Shown: positions 1 through 18,318 of the stretch, in pieces
Layout: the number at the start of each line of letters is the position of its first letter
How positions within the stretch are numbered: position 1 is the stretch's first letter
Assembly: GCA_964016885.1 (NCBI GenBank)
Contig: OZ024740.1
Span: forward strand, 53,692,001 to 53,756,000
Length of the DNA: 64,000 nucleotides
DNA from: Eledone cirrhosa
Taxonomy: Eukaryota
Reading direction: 5' to 3'
The notes under the pieces: model-generated
Told to the model about the DNA's origin: nothing
Database searches by the model: none
The model's input: only the letters and a program-made list of their open reading frames with translations
Translations under genes and position numbers: made by a program

Positions 1-90
1 CCTTTCATCCTTACGAGGTCGATAAAATAAAGTACCAGTAATGTACTGGGTAATTGCTGGCCTTGTGCCAAAAGTAGAAACAATTATTAT
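1..90 (+). mobile_element. 3' part of tRNA-derived SINE (window family A)
   Basis: CCTTTCATCCTTACGAGGTCGATAAAATAAAGTACCAGTAATGTACTGGGTAATTGCTGGCCTTGTGCCAAAAGTAGAAACAATTATT matches the full copies at 34333 and 43811. Confidence 0.9.
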
Positions 91-1291
91 TTCACGGGAT
101 GTCGTTATATGAATACGTAATAAACTTCTCTTCTCCTTACGTTTACCTTTCAACATATTTGTTTGTCGTTTTCTTTTTTTTTTTTAAGCTTTCCGGTCCC
201 ATATTTGGTATGTACACTTTTCGCCCCATTTCTCTGTAACGAAAGCCGAAAGATCACAGCTTGTATCATTTTGTTTTCCTCTCATGTATTCGTTCTATTT
301 TTATCACAAGTATCTCTGGTTTATAAGGAGCTATCGGGCTAAGAAGAGTATCAGACTGATGAATGGGAAATCTCCGTTTGACAAACTTCTTCAATTTTTT
401 TGTATCCATCAAATACACCAAGTTACTGTGACTCCTCCATGATGCTCATCTTTACAAATGTAGTTAACCAATGATTGACACTATTGTTCCCCACATTGCT
501 ATGTAAACTAAAAAAGGAAATAACCTATTGGAAAAATGTGTAACAGGGCTTCAGTTGTAATCTTTATGTTTATCAGTAGGGCTTAATCCTACGCAAAAAT
601 CCGTGATTGTCAAGGTGTAAAGTCATTAGAGTTTAAGCGATATTATTCTCTTAACTAATCACTTTACTAAGTATTCCTTTTCATAATCTGGTGATAGTTT
701 TGCTACAATAGTAAAGGCAAAGTAAGAACTACTATGAGGTAAACTTGGATCAGAAAAATTGGATCAAAAAAAGTTTTATAACAAAAAATTATCTAAACAA
801 TTTGAAATACCTTTTATGCTATTTTTCTCACATCTATATATAATAATATGTTTCATGATTGTCAAGATACAAATGTATAGCCTGAGGTGATGGGTATATA
901 TGAAAACAGGGGTGTCGAATATACAATAACGTCATTGATGATCATTTTCTAAAGATATTATTCATATTTCCATGCATAACCGGGCCTACGTATTCTTTCT
1001 CTTTTATATTCCTGTCAAATATTTGTCGTTCGTTTTGCTATGAATTAAATTAGCGGAACAGAAATTCAGATTTGTTCTTTACTCAGCAGTAATTCACAGT
1101 ATAACTTCAAGACAATTCAACGAAATACTAAATAATATGAAGTATATAATCTTTTATAAATAATCTGTCGGAAATCTTGACAAATCTTCCTATGTATTAC
1201 TTTCAACAGTTGGTAACATATGCTAATATTATTCAAATACTTCCATATAGTTGAAGATATATGCAATGAATTTATATATAAGGTCACACAG

Positions 1292-1340
<49 letters not shown>

Positions 1341-1345
<5 letters not shown>

Positions 1346-2575
1346 ATAATAATAATAAATTTGAAGACTAAAATCCAAAGAGGGCTCGATAAGAATAAAT
1401 ATATATCAAATATATAAGAACCGTAGAGCAAATATTTATTAAAATAACAGATTAAAGTTTAAGCAAAGAATCGCTGCTTTCACCCTTAACTAGATCTTCT
1501 GAAACTAACAAAGTCAATCTGTAAACGCAGAAGTGGATATTTCTAAAAAAGTTGCAACCGGAGGAAGACAGGAAGACGATACTTTGGTTTGTGGAAACGT
1601 TCCCTGGCAAAGAACGGGAAAAAACGAATATAATACGTCATTAATGGGAGCGGTGAAAAACAATTACACGCAAAGACAGTGGTAGCTAAGTATATGTTAT
1701 GTTTATACCATTACTTATTTGCATAGGTAAGTATATATTACCTGTATGTTTTGTGAAGGTACGTATACTTTCTCGTACGTATATTTGATTGTATATGTTA
1801 TGGCGTATAATTTTATATATTCTGGTACATATGGTTTGGTTATGTGTATCCGGGAGTTTTGCGTCTGAGTGAGTAAGCGGGTTCGTACTTATGTAGGGTG
1901 TGTGTATATGTGTACTTCATGTTTTGGTTGACGTACGTCTCCGAACATTTGTGTATTTACATGTAGGTATGGGTTTGCGCTTGTTATATACGTATTTATT
2001 TATTTATATACGTTTATTTAATTATTTATTTATTTGTATACACGCACACACACACACACATATTTATATGTGCGTGGTTTTGTATACCTATGGCAAGTGT
2101 TTTCGCGTATGCTTGTGAAAGTACGTATTTGCATGCGTGTATGTATTTATTTAATTTCTATTACCTCTGTATTGTATTTTATTTACTTTATTCTTAACTC
2201 TGAAGCGGAGATTCATTCGGTCTCCTAATTAGAATTTAGTCTACCACTTCTGCTATACCATTTACGTGGTTTTGTCTTTGCGTGCAATTGTTCTCCACGC
2301 TCCACAGATGACGTCTTATCATCGTTTTTTCCGTTCATTGCCAGAGAACGTCTCTATGAACCACCTAATAGAATATTAGTCTACGAACTCTTTTATAGAC
2401 GTATTATATTCGTTTTTTCCCGTTCTTTGCCAGGGAACGTTTCCACGAACCAAAGTATCGTCTTCCTGTCTTCCTCTGCGTTTACAGATTGACTTTGTTA
2501 GTTTCAGAAGATCCCGTTAGGGGTGAAAGCAGTGATTCTTTGCTTAAACTTTAATCTGTTATTTTAATAAATAAA
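1341..2575. mobile_element. Non-autonomous Penelope/retrozyme-like element (family P1) with inverted arms, bounded by (TA)n
   Basis: Part of the left arm 1341-1680 (about 1432-1640) is the reverse complement of 2398-2575, with a deletion in the right arm. Same family at 40983-41558 and 63401-63520. Hammerhead-like fold at 1456-1506 (-) and 2500-2550 (+). Confidence 0.7.
2500..2550 (+). ncRNA. Type-I hammerhead-like fold with CAGAAGA core variant
   Basis: AGTTT CAGAAGA TCCC GTTAG GGGT GAA AGCA GTGATTCTT TGCT T AAACT; helices I, II and III all pair. Confidence 0.55.
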
Positions 2576-2597
2576 TATATATATATATATAAATAAA

Positions 2598-2696
<99 letters not shown>

Positions 2697-2906
2697 AGAA
2701 CTAGAAATTGATTAACATATATATAAACATGAATAATCACAGGAGATAATTTTTACAAGTGTGTAACCACACATAGCTAGGTAGGTAACTAAATAAAGTT
2801 GACCAGAACTTCAAAAATAGATACCTTATAATATGGGTGATATGGCACATGTCCATAATTTTGATCTAGATTAAATTCATTTAATTTACCTTAATTTTGG
2901 ATATAG

Positions 2907-3416
<510 letters not shown>

Positions 3417-3584
3417 TTATATATAAGATCCATTCCCAGATGGCCTTGAGATTTTCCTCAAGAAATTTCCTCTACGAAGCACAATCCCAGACAGGTAGAT
3501 CTTGTGGGAGGATACTAATCGCTTATGCATAACGCCACCGATGTGTGCCACGGGAATGGCAAAAGCAGAAGCTGCTTGGTTCCG

Positions 3585-3735
3585 GAGAAGTCTCCTCTCA
3601 TTTATACAGTCGAGTAAATTGGAAAAACGTGAAATAGAGTTTTTGCTTGAGGACACAACACACCGACCGGTACGAGATTCACAATTACAATTTACCGATT
3701 GTGAATCCAAAGTTTTAACCACTAAACCAGGCACC
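3585..3735 (-). mobile_element. Degenerate tRNA-derived CORE-type SINE
   Basis: Minus strand reads GCCTGGTTTAGTGGTTAAAAC (A-box-like) ... GTGTTGTGTCCTCAAGCAAAAACTC (CORE-like motif). Confidence 0.55.
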
Positions 3736-3811
3736 TTCACATACACTTCCTCTCAAACATACACACTCACACAAACATACATATATACATATATTCATAT
3801 AGGTATATATG

Positions 3812-3859
<48 letters not shown>

Positions 3860-3888
3860 AGTGTACTATATACAGTCTCTCCCTCTCT

Positions 3889-3954
<66 letters not shown>

Positions 3955-3959
<5 letters not shown>

Positions 3960-4165
3960 CAAATATATATATAACAAAGGAATTGTGGTAAGGAACCAAA
4001 TGGATCATAACGCACCAGAGTACTCAATACTTAGGCTAGTAGAATGGGAAATAGGAAAAAGTTTGACCCCCACTCTACTACCCTAAGTATTGAGTACTCT
4101 GGTGCGTTATTGTCCATTTGGTTCCTTACCACAATTCCTTTGTTATATATATATTTGTTATATAT
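3955..4165. mobile_element. Fold-back copy of (TA)n-bounded repeat family X
   Basis: Arms about 3955-4048 and 4069-4165 are near-perfect reverse complements; family also at 14510, 25930, 45470, 47693, 51590, 54055, 63537. Confidence 0.8.
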
Positions 4166-4234
4166 ATATATAGAGAGAGAGAGAGAGGAGAGTGGGAGAC
4201 AGTATATATAGTACACTCACACACACAGACACAC

Positions 4235-4315
<81 letters not shown>

Positions 4316-4481
4316 AAGAATTAAAAAGAACAGAAAGATGCAGTAAAAGAGATTTATTCGGTTCTAACGTACGTTTCAATAGACATCAATTTGCCTAGAT
4401 CTCGCTACATCTATAATATTATATATCTACACGGTACATAACACTGTGTCCTGGAAAACATTAATGCACTCGTGTATAACC

Positions 4482-4605
<124 letters not shown>

Positions 4606-5223
4606 TGTATATCTTTCTATATCATTTTTGTATATATGTGGTTTAATATATGAATGTTATTCTGCAATTACACATGTACTAAACTTTTACTGAAACAAAC
4701 TAGATAGTATTTTGTCCTTTAACAGGTTTCTAAAAATCTACAAAGATATTACTTATTTATCAATTTCTGTCATATTTATTAATCGATGTCATGAGATTCC
4801 AGGTTCGATTTTATTTGTATCATTTTTAGGAGAGAGTCTTTTGATATAGCTTCTTATCGACTTGTGAGTAAAACTAGGTAAACAGGAAATAGTTGGAAGC
4901 TCATTGGACGGATTACATCTGTAATTCAGCGATACGCAATGTCATACGTTTGCTTATGCCTCATCTCCCTGAGAATTACGTTAAAGATATGTGGAATACT
5001 CAACCACTTACATGATAACTTTAATGAAAAGATCAATCCTTTGATTACACAACAGGTATTATCTTCCTCGAAAGGGACAGAAGTCCATTTTAAATTATAT
5101 TACTTTCACCCCCAATCAATTCTTATGGAGAAAACCTATGATCGTAGACATTCTAGTTTTGACCATCAAATCTCTTTTTTATCTGTTGTGTATTAAATAC
5201 TAAGTTATGTGTCTTTTCAGAAT

Positions 5224-5398
5224 GGCGGTAGAGCGTCAGACATCATGCTTTGCAGCATAGAGTTATGGCCCTTTGCGTTTTGAATGCAAATCCCGCTGAG
5301 GTTAACTTTGCCTTTCATCATTATGGGGTCAAAAACATAAAGCACCAGTAATGCACTGGGTAATTGCTGTCCTTGTGCTAAAAGTAGAAACAATTATT
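5224..5398 (+). mobile_element. tRNA-derived SINE (family A)
   Basis: Head GGCGGTAGAGCGTCAGAC, degenerate B-box, core AACTTTGCCTTTCATC, tail GAAACAATTATT. Confidence 0.85.
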
Positions 5399-8300
5399 TG
5401 ATAGAGAATTGATGGCTATTTCTTGCAGGTTGGGATGAAACACGTAGAGAATCTCTTCATAGGATTAGGACTAGGAATGGGTATGAAGATATAATTTAGC
5501 TATCTGATTGGACACATAGTATGCATACATTTTATCAATGCCAGAACGATGAAAAATCGAATCATTCCTTCTTTCACTAAGTTATAAATAAATATAGAAC
5601 AAGATATACTAAAACGCATGATTATTGATTTTTACAGTCGACCCACGGTCACACTGCCAATTATGAGTTTTCATTACCATCGTGATGGTGATAATACTGA
5701 TATTATCATATATTACTGGATCGTTAAACAATACTGAAGCTAAATATAGAATAAGCTTTCCTCGAAATACATGATGCAACGTTTAGATAACTTAAGCACA
5801 CGATAGTTATTTAATCCAGTAAAATATATCTTTCCCTATAGATATTATTGCTTTCTTAATTACGTATAATCCTGTATAAAGCTTACAACATATCCTCAAT
5901 TGTATACCACGCACACACTCCTCTTCTACTCTTACAACAGCTTCTGCTCACCTAGTTACTTACATTCCTTCTCTTCGTAGTCGCCCACTACACCCATTTT
6001 TCTCTCCTTGATACATTTCTACACTCATTCCTTTTTCCCCCGTAAGCTTAACCCACTGTAATTCCTCATTCCCTAAAGTTTTGCAATAGGTTTACAAGGT
6101 GTACATTATTATCACCAGTATAGAAGGATCTCATTCTCTGAAAAGTGCTTTGCGAGATATGTCAATTATATAGTTACGTTTCGTGCACTAACATACGTCG
6201 TTATGCTATTTTATAGAATTGTTATTTTTTGACATCTACAAACACGAATACATTTAAATAGCGGTGATTATTATAAATGTATTACGACGTAGGAGAATGT
6301 TTGCCATAGTCGTTTATGTGAAGGAAATTGAATTCAACTAGAAATAGAAATCGAGTTCTGTAGCTTAACCCTTGTGCTCAATGTAGTGTCATATTATGAA
6401 AAAAAACTAAACTATTCTGTTTCATTTCAGAACAGATACACAATGTGCTAAGCAGAAGACAAAATATAAAATTCGGAGAGTTTTATTATTTGAATAGATG
6501 CAATATTTTCAAATTAAGCGCTAATCTTACTATGAAAACAGTACGTACATCTGCTACCTCTCAGAGATCAATTGTTTTACTTTTTGAATATCACAAGACT
6601 GGCAAACTTCAGCATTCTGTTTCTTTAACCATCTTTTAATTTCTTAACATAAAATGCAATTCTAAAACCGAATTATTTCTTTCCTACACCTTGAAAAGCA
6701 AAATCCCGAACCTACTTAAGTACCATGCAAGCGTTTATTCATGTGATGTCGATTTAATTAGCTGTGTATATCAAGCACTTTACATATGCTTAGCCCTTAT
6801 CTATATTAAGTACGTTTGTATGCTACTTTGAGCATCATATTTAGTATTGCTTGTGATCCCTGATTAATTATGTACAAAAGACTTGAGGCACTGTTAATTC
6901 ACACAACATCTTTTACCACTGTTACCACTTGCTTTTCTATTCTCACACTTTCAGTCTTTTCATTATTCAAATGCAATAATTGTGTTTAGAGCCTGCAGCT
7001 TACAGATCGAAAGAGCTCACCTCAAACGAGAGTTTCATTCTTATTCATAATACTTCATTAGGAAGAAGTATATTGCAAAACAATAAAAAGAAAGGCAGCA
7101 ACGAAGGTTAAACGAAAGATAGACATGTTACAAGAAAGAAATAATGCCAGACATGAAACATATGAGTGAAAGAAAGGAATAGAAATAAAACAAAATGAAA
7201 GAAAGTACCAAAGATGAAATAAAAAAAGAAGTAAAACTAACGTTTATCTTCAAAGTTATTTTCTAAGTATTCTTTTGTGACTTAGCTAATTCATCAATGA
7301 CGTAAAATACGGCTTTCTGTTAATTGACAATTAATAATGTTCCTTTCTATTATGTCACCAGTGCTATATTTAATACGAATATGCCAAGATAACAATGGCA
7401 ATATTCTACTAAATGCAAGTTCTTTAAGCGGAAACAGTTAATATTTATAAAATGTTACAGTGAAACTTTAAATCAAATATTCGAATTGGTTAACTTGAGT
7501 TCAATACTGAAGATGTCTCACAAATCTTTATGTCAGATATTTTGGAGAATATCCTAAAGCTAACTATTGATATAAAATGTAACAGCGATCAGTAGTGGAA
7601 ACACACCTGAATGTACTTCAGAGAGATCAGAAGACTTCATTAAATTAGGTTAACAAACGCTGAATTTGCCCTCGGCTCTTCCACTGAGTTTGTAGCTTAT
7701 TTAATCTTTCTTTGCAGAATATATATTCTATATATGAGCTAAATGGCTGAAAGCCTTATATCCAACGCTGCATTTTGAAAAGTACATAAACTAAAGTAGT
7801 AAATGATATTTTATTCAGAGAATAAAATCAAGGATTGGACAAAATGAAAGAATAAACTCGAAATACATTTAGACAAAGGCCACATGAGAGTCTGTATTGT
7901 TTCTTCGTTTTGGTGTTACTCTTTTAAACTTACAATTTAAACAAGAGTTGCCCAGAGGAGGAGAAGCAATTAAATTCATATTTGTTCTGACTTGAAGGAT
8001 TGACCGAAATATGACTTTATGATTGACATCAGACAAGGATTAATTTATATATTGTGATGGTAACACAGAGGAGAACTGGAAATTTGTCTTTCACTAATTA
8101 TTGTGATTGTTGCTCTAAATGTTTAGTTTATTTTTTGTGCGCATGATCACGCGTCTTGGTGTGTGAGTGTGTGCGTGAGTCTGTGTATCTGTGTGTATTA
8201 AGTTATAGATGTTGTTTTTGTACTTGTTGCTGTTGTACTTATAGTTGGAAATGGTGTTGAACTCTTGGTTTCATTCGGAGGAAATCACCAGGAAAGCTTT

Positions 8301-8476
8301 CCGAATGAAACAGTTCTAGTCCTGTAGAAGCCAATTCTATATCAAATATTTATATTCTGCTATGTATTAGGTGCACGCTTATTGAGAGTGTGGTGTGTGG
8401 GTGGGTGCAGAAATCTGAAACAGAAAAAGATTTTGGATCTGCGTGTATGTGTGTGTATGTATGTGTGTGTGTATGC

Positions 8477-8563
<87 letters not shown>

Positions 8564-8783
8564 TGTGTGCGTGTGTATTTAATGACGGCATCTCGAAGGG
8601 AGTCGGGAAATAATCACAGCTAAATAAGGTGCTCAATACGTTAGTAGGGTATAACCTTATTTATTTTATATAGAAATGACTTCCTACAGAATCAGAACTA
8701 TGAAAACTTCGTGTGCAATTATCAATGATTTTATACGAAGGAAATAGTACAAGTTCTGCAGAAGTCATTTCTCGCACCCCCCT

Positions 8784-8880
<97 letters not shown>

Positions 8881-9623
8881 ATGTTTGATATAACCCATAC
8901 GTACATATATATATGTATATATGTGTGTGCGTATTCATACTTATACACACACAGACACACATATATGAATATACATATATATATATATGACTATATATAT
9001 ATGAATATATATACATTCATTTTAACTAACCGAACAATTAGATTCCGTCCAAACCGTCGTTAGCCACTTATTCCATGATCTTACAAAAGTCGTATGTTGT
9101 AAATACAAATTTGCATATCAGAGTGGACACAATACGTTACATAGTAGGTACATGGAATTGTGTAAAGATGCTTCAAATCGTGCGGTTTCATCGCTTCGCT
9201 CTGTAAGAAGTTAATGCGTTAGGAAAAGCATTGCGCTCAGAAACCTCATTCTATTTCCAAAAAAAGTAGAAGAAATTTCACACGGACAGGACCTATGGAG
9301 CGAATTATCAACGACGTTCTGACCTAAATTCTATCGAAGGAGTCTATCCGTTATAGAAACAGAGACCAAACTTAATCTCACTACAACAATGGGAGTAGTT
9401 TTCCACTGTGGCAGCGTCGCGTGACCTAAAGAGGAAGGTAGTCAAATTCCTTCAATAAAACAAAGCAATTTGAAAATTGCGCCGTAGATATCAAGCAAAA
9501 TAGTTATTTAAGCATCATAAACGGAAGTGTATAATACGTAAAAATCGAACTAATATAAAAAAATAATGTTCAAGTTACATTGAAAAGTATATCCGTTAGC
9601 GGGGAGAAATACACATATATATA

Positions 9624-9806
9624 AACACAAATTTAAATAATTTTGAAAACCATACAATGCATTAAAATGAAAATCAAATTTGATAAGATAACAAAGAATC
9701 TTACCTTAGCAAATTTGCTAAGGTAAGATTCTCTTTGTTATCTTAGCAATCTTGATTTTCTTTCTAATGCATTGTATGGTTTTCAAAATTATTTAAATAT
9801 GTGTTT
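9624..9806. repeat. ~180 bp imperfect palindrome without spacer
   Basis: Centre AATCTTACCTTAGCAAA|TTTGCTAAGGTAAGATT at 9713/9714; arms extend to AAACACAAATTTAAATAATTTTGAAAACCATACAATGC / GCATTGTATGGTTTTCAAAATTATTTAAATATGTGTTT. Confidence 0.85.
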
Positions 9807-9849
9807 CCTATTCAACAATGCTTGAGCAAAGTACAACATTCTGTTATAA

Positions 9850-10625
<776 letters not shown>

Positions 10626-10654
10626 ATATACATACATATATATACACACACACA

Positions 10655-10733
<79 letters not shown>

Positions 10734-11486
10734 ATATGTATAAATGTATATGTATATATATGTACAGAAACAGCATGTGATCTCTATTCAATACCGTATC
10801 ATGAATATAATTCACAACACACAATTTTTAAAATAGTCAATAATAAAAGTTCGTCAATATTCCTGATATTCAAAAATTGATATAAACTTGAGTGAAATGC
10901 TTTAGGTCTAATGTATCAAAGTGGAGCTATATCCGAAGAAAGAGAGAGTTACTAGTTGCCACCTGTCTTTGAGTTGGTGATTTCGTCATCTTTGGTTCAC
11001 ACAGCTTTGTTACCAGATGTAGTTTCATCCTTCCAGACAATTTATATAATATGGTACCAGTTCGAGCGCCGGGGTTAATTTAGTCGACCGCTCTGTCCCA
11101 TTGAATTTCTAGACTTTTGCCAATTTTTAGAAATTAGTGTATCGCTAGTCAAGAACGGCAAATTTACCATTATTACTCCATTTCAAATACATAACATTCA
11201 AATACATAACATTCTCATTGCGAGCGAAATCTCATTTAATCCTTTCGTGGTCGATTAAATGATGTACAAGGTAGCAATCAGATACATGAGTGGGCATCAT
11301 CGAATGATTTCATCAACAACAGAAGTAGCCAGGTGATTATATTAGTGATTAATTATTAGCCCAAAGCGTTAAAGTGACATAATCATTGGATTGATAGATT
11401 AGGTGCTTTATGATATTGTCTCTGATTTTCACCCTACCTATATTGACAAACATCTATGCGAGGAAGTACTGGGTTTTATAAAATTG

Positions 11487-11525
<39 letters not shown>

Positions 11526-11596
11526 ACTATCAGCTGTGCAAAGAAAAGGAAGACTACAAACCAGAGTAGTATTCAGTGCATGATGAAATGCATACG

Positions 11597-11641
<45 letters not shown>

Positions 11642-11642
<1 letters not shown>

Positions 11643-11825
11643 ACTGTTTCCACTTTAGGCACAAGGCCAGCAATTAACCAGTGCATTACTGGTACTTTAT
11701 TTTATTGACCCCGTAAGGATGAAAGGCAAAGTCAACCTCGGCGGGATTTGAACTCAGATCGTAAAGGGACGTAACTATGGTGGAAAGCATGGCGTCCGAC
11801 CCTCTACCGATACTGCCAATCCACC
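11642..11825 (-). mobile_element. tRNA-derived SINE (family A), full length
   Basis: Reverse complement of the 43811-44000 copy, including B-box GAGTTCAAATCCC. Confidence 0.9.
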
Positions 11826-11984
11826 AATATGTTATATATATAGATATAACGTATGCATATTAATGTATGCACACATATATACAAATATCTACACACACAA
11901 AAATATATAGAGAGAATAATTTGGATGATTTGAAATTTTTATCCCAATTTTTAACGCTATCAAAATTGTAGCAAATCTGTGTAA

Positions 11985-12054
<70 letters not shown>

Positions 12055-12062
<8 letters not shown>

Positions 12063-12680
12063 CGTAAAATAAGAAAATTATAACATTAACTTACTTACTA
12101 AAATATCAATTCCAACTAATTAGTTTCTGGAATGGAATAAATATATTTTCCGAAGAAAATACAGAGAATCATTCCGTCGTCAGGGAAGACTATTCTCATC
12201 TAAGTATCCAGGCAAAGCGTGGACTCTGGAAACTTATTAAAAAATAATTCAGTGGATAGAAAATAGCAAAGCGTGGAATGAATTCCTAGCCATTGAGAAA
12301 ATCACTGCCTCTGTGTCGGTGGCAAATTCAAAAAGAATCAATCACGTGACATCGAGGTCAATCAGTGGAAAGTGGTTTGCTAATAAGACAGCGGCCTGCC
12401 TGCTACCATAGCAGCAGTCATGGCCAATATTGCTCGACAAATAATTTGGAGATAATTATAAAGAATTAATATCTAGTAACATAAATATACATACAGATGT
12501 ATATCAATGCTAGCAAATATATAGGTTTTGTCTTAGTAACTTTGTGGTTCAATGCATGGGGTTGCAGAACAATAATATGAGAGACGTAAAATAAGAAAAT
12601 TATAAAATTAACTTACTTACTAAAATATCACTTCCAACTAATTAGTTTCTGGAATGGAATAAATATATTTTCCGAAGAAA

Positions 12681-12685
<5 letters not shown>
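12055..12685 (-). mobile_element. 1.2-mer retrozyme/pLTR-like element: 522-bp unit with 109-bp terminal direct repeats
   Basis: 12055-12163 matches 12577-12685 (2 mismatches); both ends abut (TA)n; hammerhead core on the - strand at the repeat boundary. Confidence 0.7.
12135..12197 (-). ncRNA. Minimal hammerhead-like ribozyme
   Basis: Minus strand GAATAGTCTTCC CTGACGA CGGA...TTCG GAA AATATATT TATTC; palindromic helix III, bulged helix I. Confidence 0.5.
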
Positions 12686-12770
<85 letters not shown>

Positions 12771-13404
12771 ATATTTATATATATATATAGCGCAGATAAT
12801 ATGCTTGTTTATCCGCCGCGACCATAAACTAATTTAAGCAACCCAAAAGAACTTCACGTCAGTAGTGTAAATCCCAGCGAAATGTTGGTGATTAGGTGTG
12901 ACAGACTTTGCATTTAAGACATGTTGTTAAGACGGTCATTGATAGTCTCCATGTAACATCATCAGATGTTCATATAATTATGAGGTGTAGTTATGCATCT
13001 ATTCTGATATGCCACTGGTAATGTAATGGTATCTTGGTGTGATATAACAGAATGTATGTCAATATATCGTTTATACGTTATTTGGTGATTCGCAGTAATG
13101 ATATGCATAGTTGTTCAATCACTTGATCGATTGCGTGTTTATTTATATGTAGACACACATTCCAAATAGTAATGTATATTTACACACACACATATATATA
13201 TACATTAACACATACTCGTTAAACATACACAAAAACAAATGCAAATATACACCCACAACTGCTTTGTACACATTTTCTAGCATGTTAGACTTAAGATCCA
13301 TACATGCAACATAGTATACATTTACCATGTTATTCTTCTTGTATGCAGTGAAGGTGCGACCATTTAATAGCTCGTGTTCTTAGCCGTCTGCTTAGATAAG
13401 ATTC

Positions 13405-13520
13405 TGGCTGAGTGGTAAGAGAATTGGATGTACAATCATGAGGTTGTGAGTTCGATTCTTGGACCGGGCGATGCGTTGTCCTTGAACAAGACACTTTATT
13501 TCACGTCGCTCCTTTTACCT
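13405..13520 (+). mobile_element. tRNA-derived CORE-type SINE (family B)
   Basis: TGGCTGAGTGG A-box, GAGTTCGATTC B-box, GTTGTCCTTGAACAAGACACTT CORE-like motif. Confidence 0.7.
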
Positions 13521-13776
13521 GGACTTGTGACGGATAGATGGTATTAGCAATTGGAAATACCAACGGAAACATTGTTTCCTCGGTCCGATTTAACAAAAGT
13601 CGATCGACTGTCGATATATATATATATTTTGGGAGGGTCACGTCATAATTTGGCCAGAAATATATAGTAAAACACACACACTCTTTACTATTTATTTCTG
13701 GCAATATTATAACAACATGAACCTTCCAAACTTAACATTTGTTTCAATACACGATTTCATATAAAAAAAAATGCAA

Positions 13777-13869
<93 letters not shown>

Positions 13870-13961
13870 ATATAAAAATGGCTTAGACAAGAACTGTTTC
13901 ATTCGGGAGAAATCATCATGGCTTCCTGATGATTTCTACTTTTGAAAAGCAGAAGAACTGC

Positions 13962-16009
<2,048 letters not shown>

Positions 16010-16166
16010 ACATCTGTGAGAAAAACCACAGATCCTCCATCTCAACTCTACTTTTGAAAAGCAGAAGAACTGCGAAACCGGTAAAGGAACCAAATAAATA
16101 TATATATTTAAAAAAAAAATAAGACTCCTGTTGCATTTTCGATTTCATCTCTTTTTCTCTCTCTCT

Positions 16167-16328
<162 letters not shown>

Positions 16329-16701
16329 ATATATGCAAAAGTTTTATTTAAAATTGGTGGGTTACAACGAGTAAATATTTTATAACTGACATAAAAGCAC
16401 TCAACAAGTTTTGGAGTAGATTTACGATATTAAACAAATGGAAACTATATTTATAAAACCATATTTATTTCATTATATATATTTCAGGGATATCATATTA
16501 AAAATATGGTATGCCTTCCTCAGACAAAATATAATATATAAACCGTTTTATAAATAAATTTGACATACCTTAAACATTACAACTTCCATTTAAAAAGTTG
16601 ATTTGGAATACAAGGACCATGACTCGAGCTACATGCCGGCGAAACATTTGTAACACGAAATAAACTAAGTCCCGATGCATCACTGATTTTTCGTTTTCTT
16701 G

Positions 16702-16746
<45 letters not shown>

Positions 16747-16799
16747 GGAATAGAATGAAACGAAATTTCATTTCTCACTCTTAGTACGGCACTTACTTA

Positions 16800-17072
16800 A
16801 ATGTAAGTATGTATGTATACGTAGATACATATATGTATACAGACGTACAGTAGTATGTATATATATATATACATACATGCACACATATATATATATGCAC
16901 GTATCGCTTTACAGAACATTTATTATAATGCCCGGTTTGTTTGTTTGTTTGTAAACAAACAGCCCGAATTACGCCGTACAGTGTTTAGGCAACCACGTCA
17001 CCTTTTTGTTCAACACTGACACAGGAACGATGTACTAGTTTCAAGCTTATTAGCTATCGTCAGCATCGTATA
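16800..17072 (+). mobile_element. Non-autonomous element with (GTTT)n subterminal repeat, Helitron/DINE-like; homologous to 36760-37010 (-)
   Basis: TATAATGCCCGGTTTGTTTGTTTGTTTGTAAACAAACAGCCCGAA...GTTCAACACTGACACAGGAACGATG is shared with the 36 kb locus. Confidence 0.5.
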
Positions 17073-17073
17073 C

Positions 17074-17378
<305 letters not shown>

Positions 17379-18235
17379 TCGTAATAACGTTACTTGTACG
17401 AGACATTCATCTAACATTCATCTAATATTCATTGTGTTTTACAAACACAATATTAGCTTCAGTATGGAACGCAAACCTGATGCATGGTGGGAATTAATTA
17501 CCGAGAAACCTAGCTAAAGTTCACCATCCCAATAGCATTTGTCAATATATTTAGGAAATCAGTCTATCAAGCTAATTACAAACTTTGCTCTAACTTTTAC
17601 ACGACTTCTTACCAAAAGTAGTAACGAGAACAAATATGTCTTCGAGCAGTCTGTGTAATTATCCACTTTAACTGTAAAAGGAAATAAGTAGAATACCCAA
17701 TAAAAGACTTAAGCATGTATTCATGTTAAAAAAAATAAATAAATGAAAAATAAACTTATGTAAAAATCTTTATGAAAGAGAAAGATATTTATTTACAGTG
17801 CATGAAAACGATGGAATATGGTTCTGTACATAATTCAGGAGAGAAAATAAAAACAATAAATAAATAGATATATAATACAGAAACAAAAGACAAAAAAATA
17901 ACAAAGAAATATCATATCATATGTGTTGCGATTCATAACAGTTTATGGTTCATTTTTGACATTGTGGGAAGGATAATTAGCTGTTTTGGTGTAATCACGC
18001 ATTAAATGTTCTCAAAAATGCACGACCAATAATATTTAAATATAGCAGCAAAGAAGAATATCATTCCTGAATAGATGAATAGAATTTGTTAGTTCATTAA
18101 CATCGTAAGCAACCTGAGAAAAAATAATTTATAAATTCTTCTGCATAGACATATGTGTAAGTAGGTATGTGTAAATCCATTAAAACTTCTGCATGTATAC
18201 TGGAATGGACAATGATTCACTCTGCTTGTATATAC

Positions 18236-18318
<83 letters not shown>

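Noticed and set aside
3502-4086. 194-aa ORF with a protein-like N-terminus
   Set aside because: It runs antisense through a SINE, then microsatellite and family X; no recognisable domain
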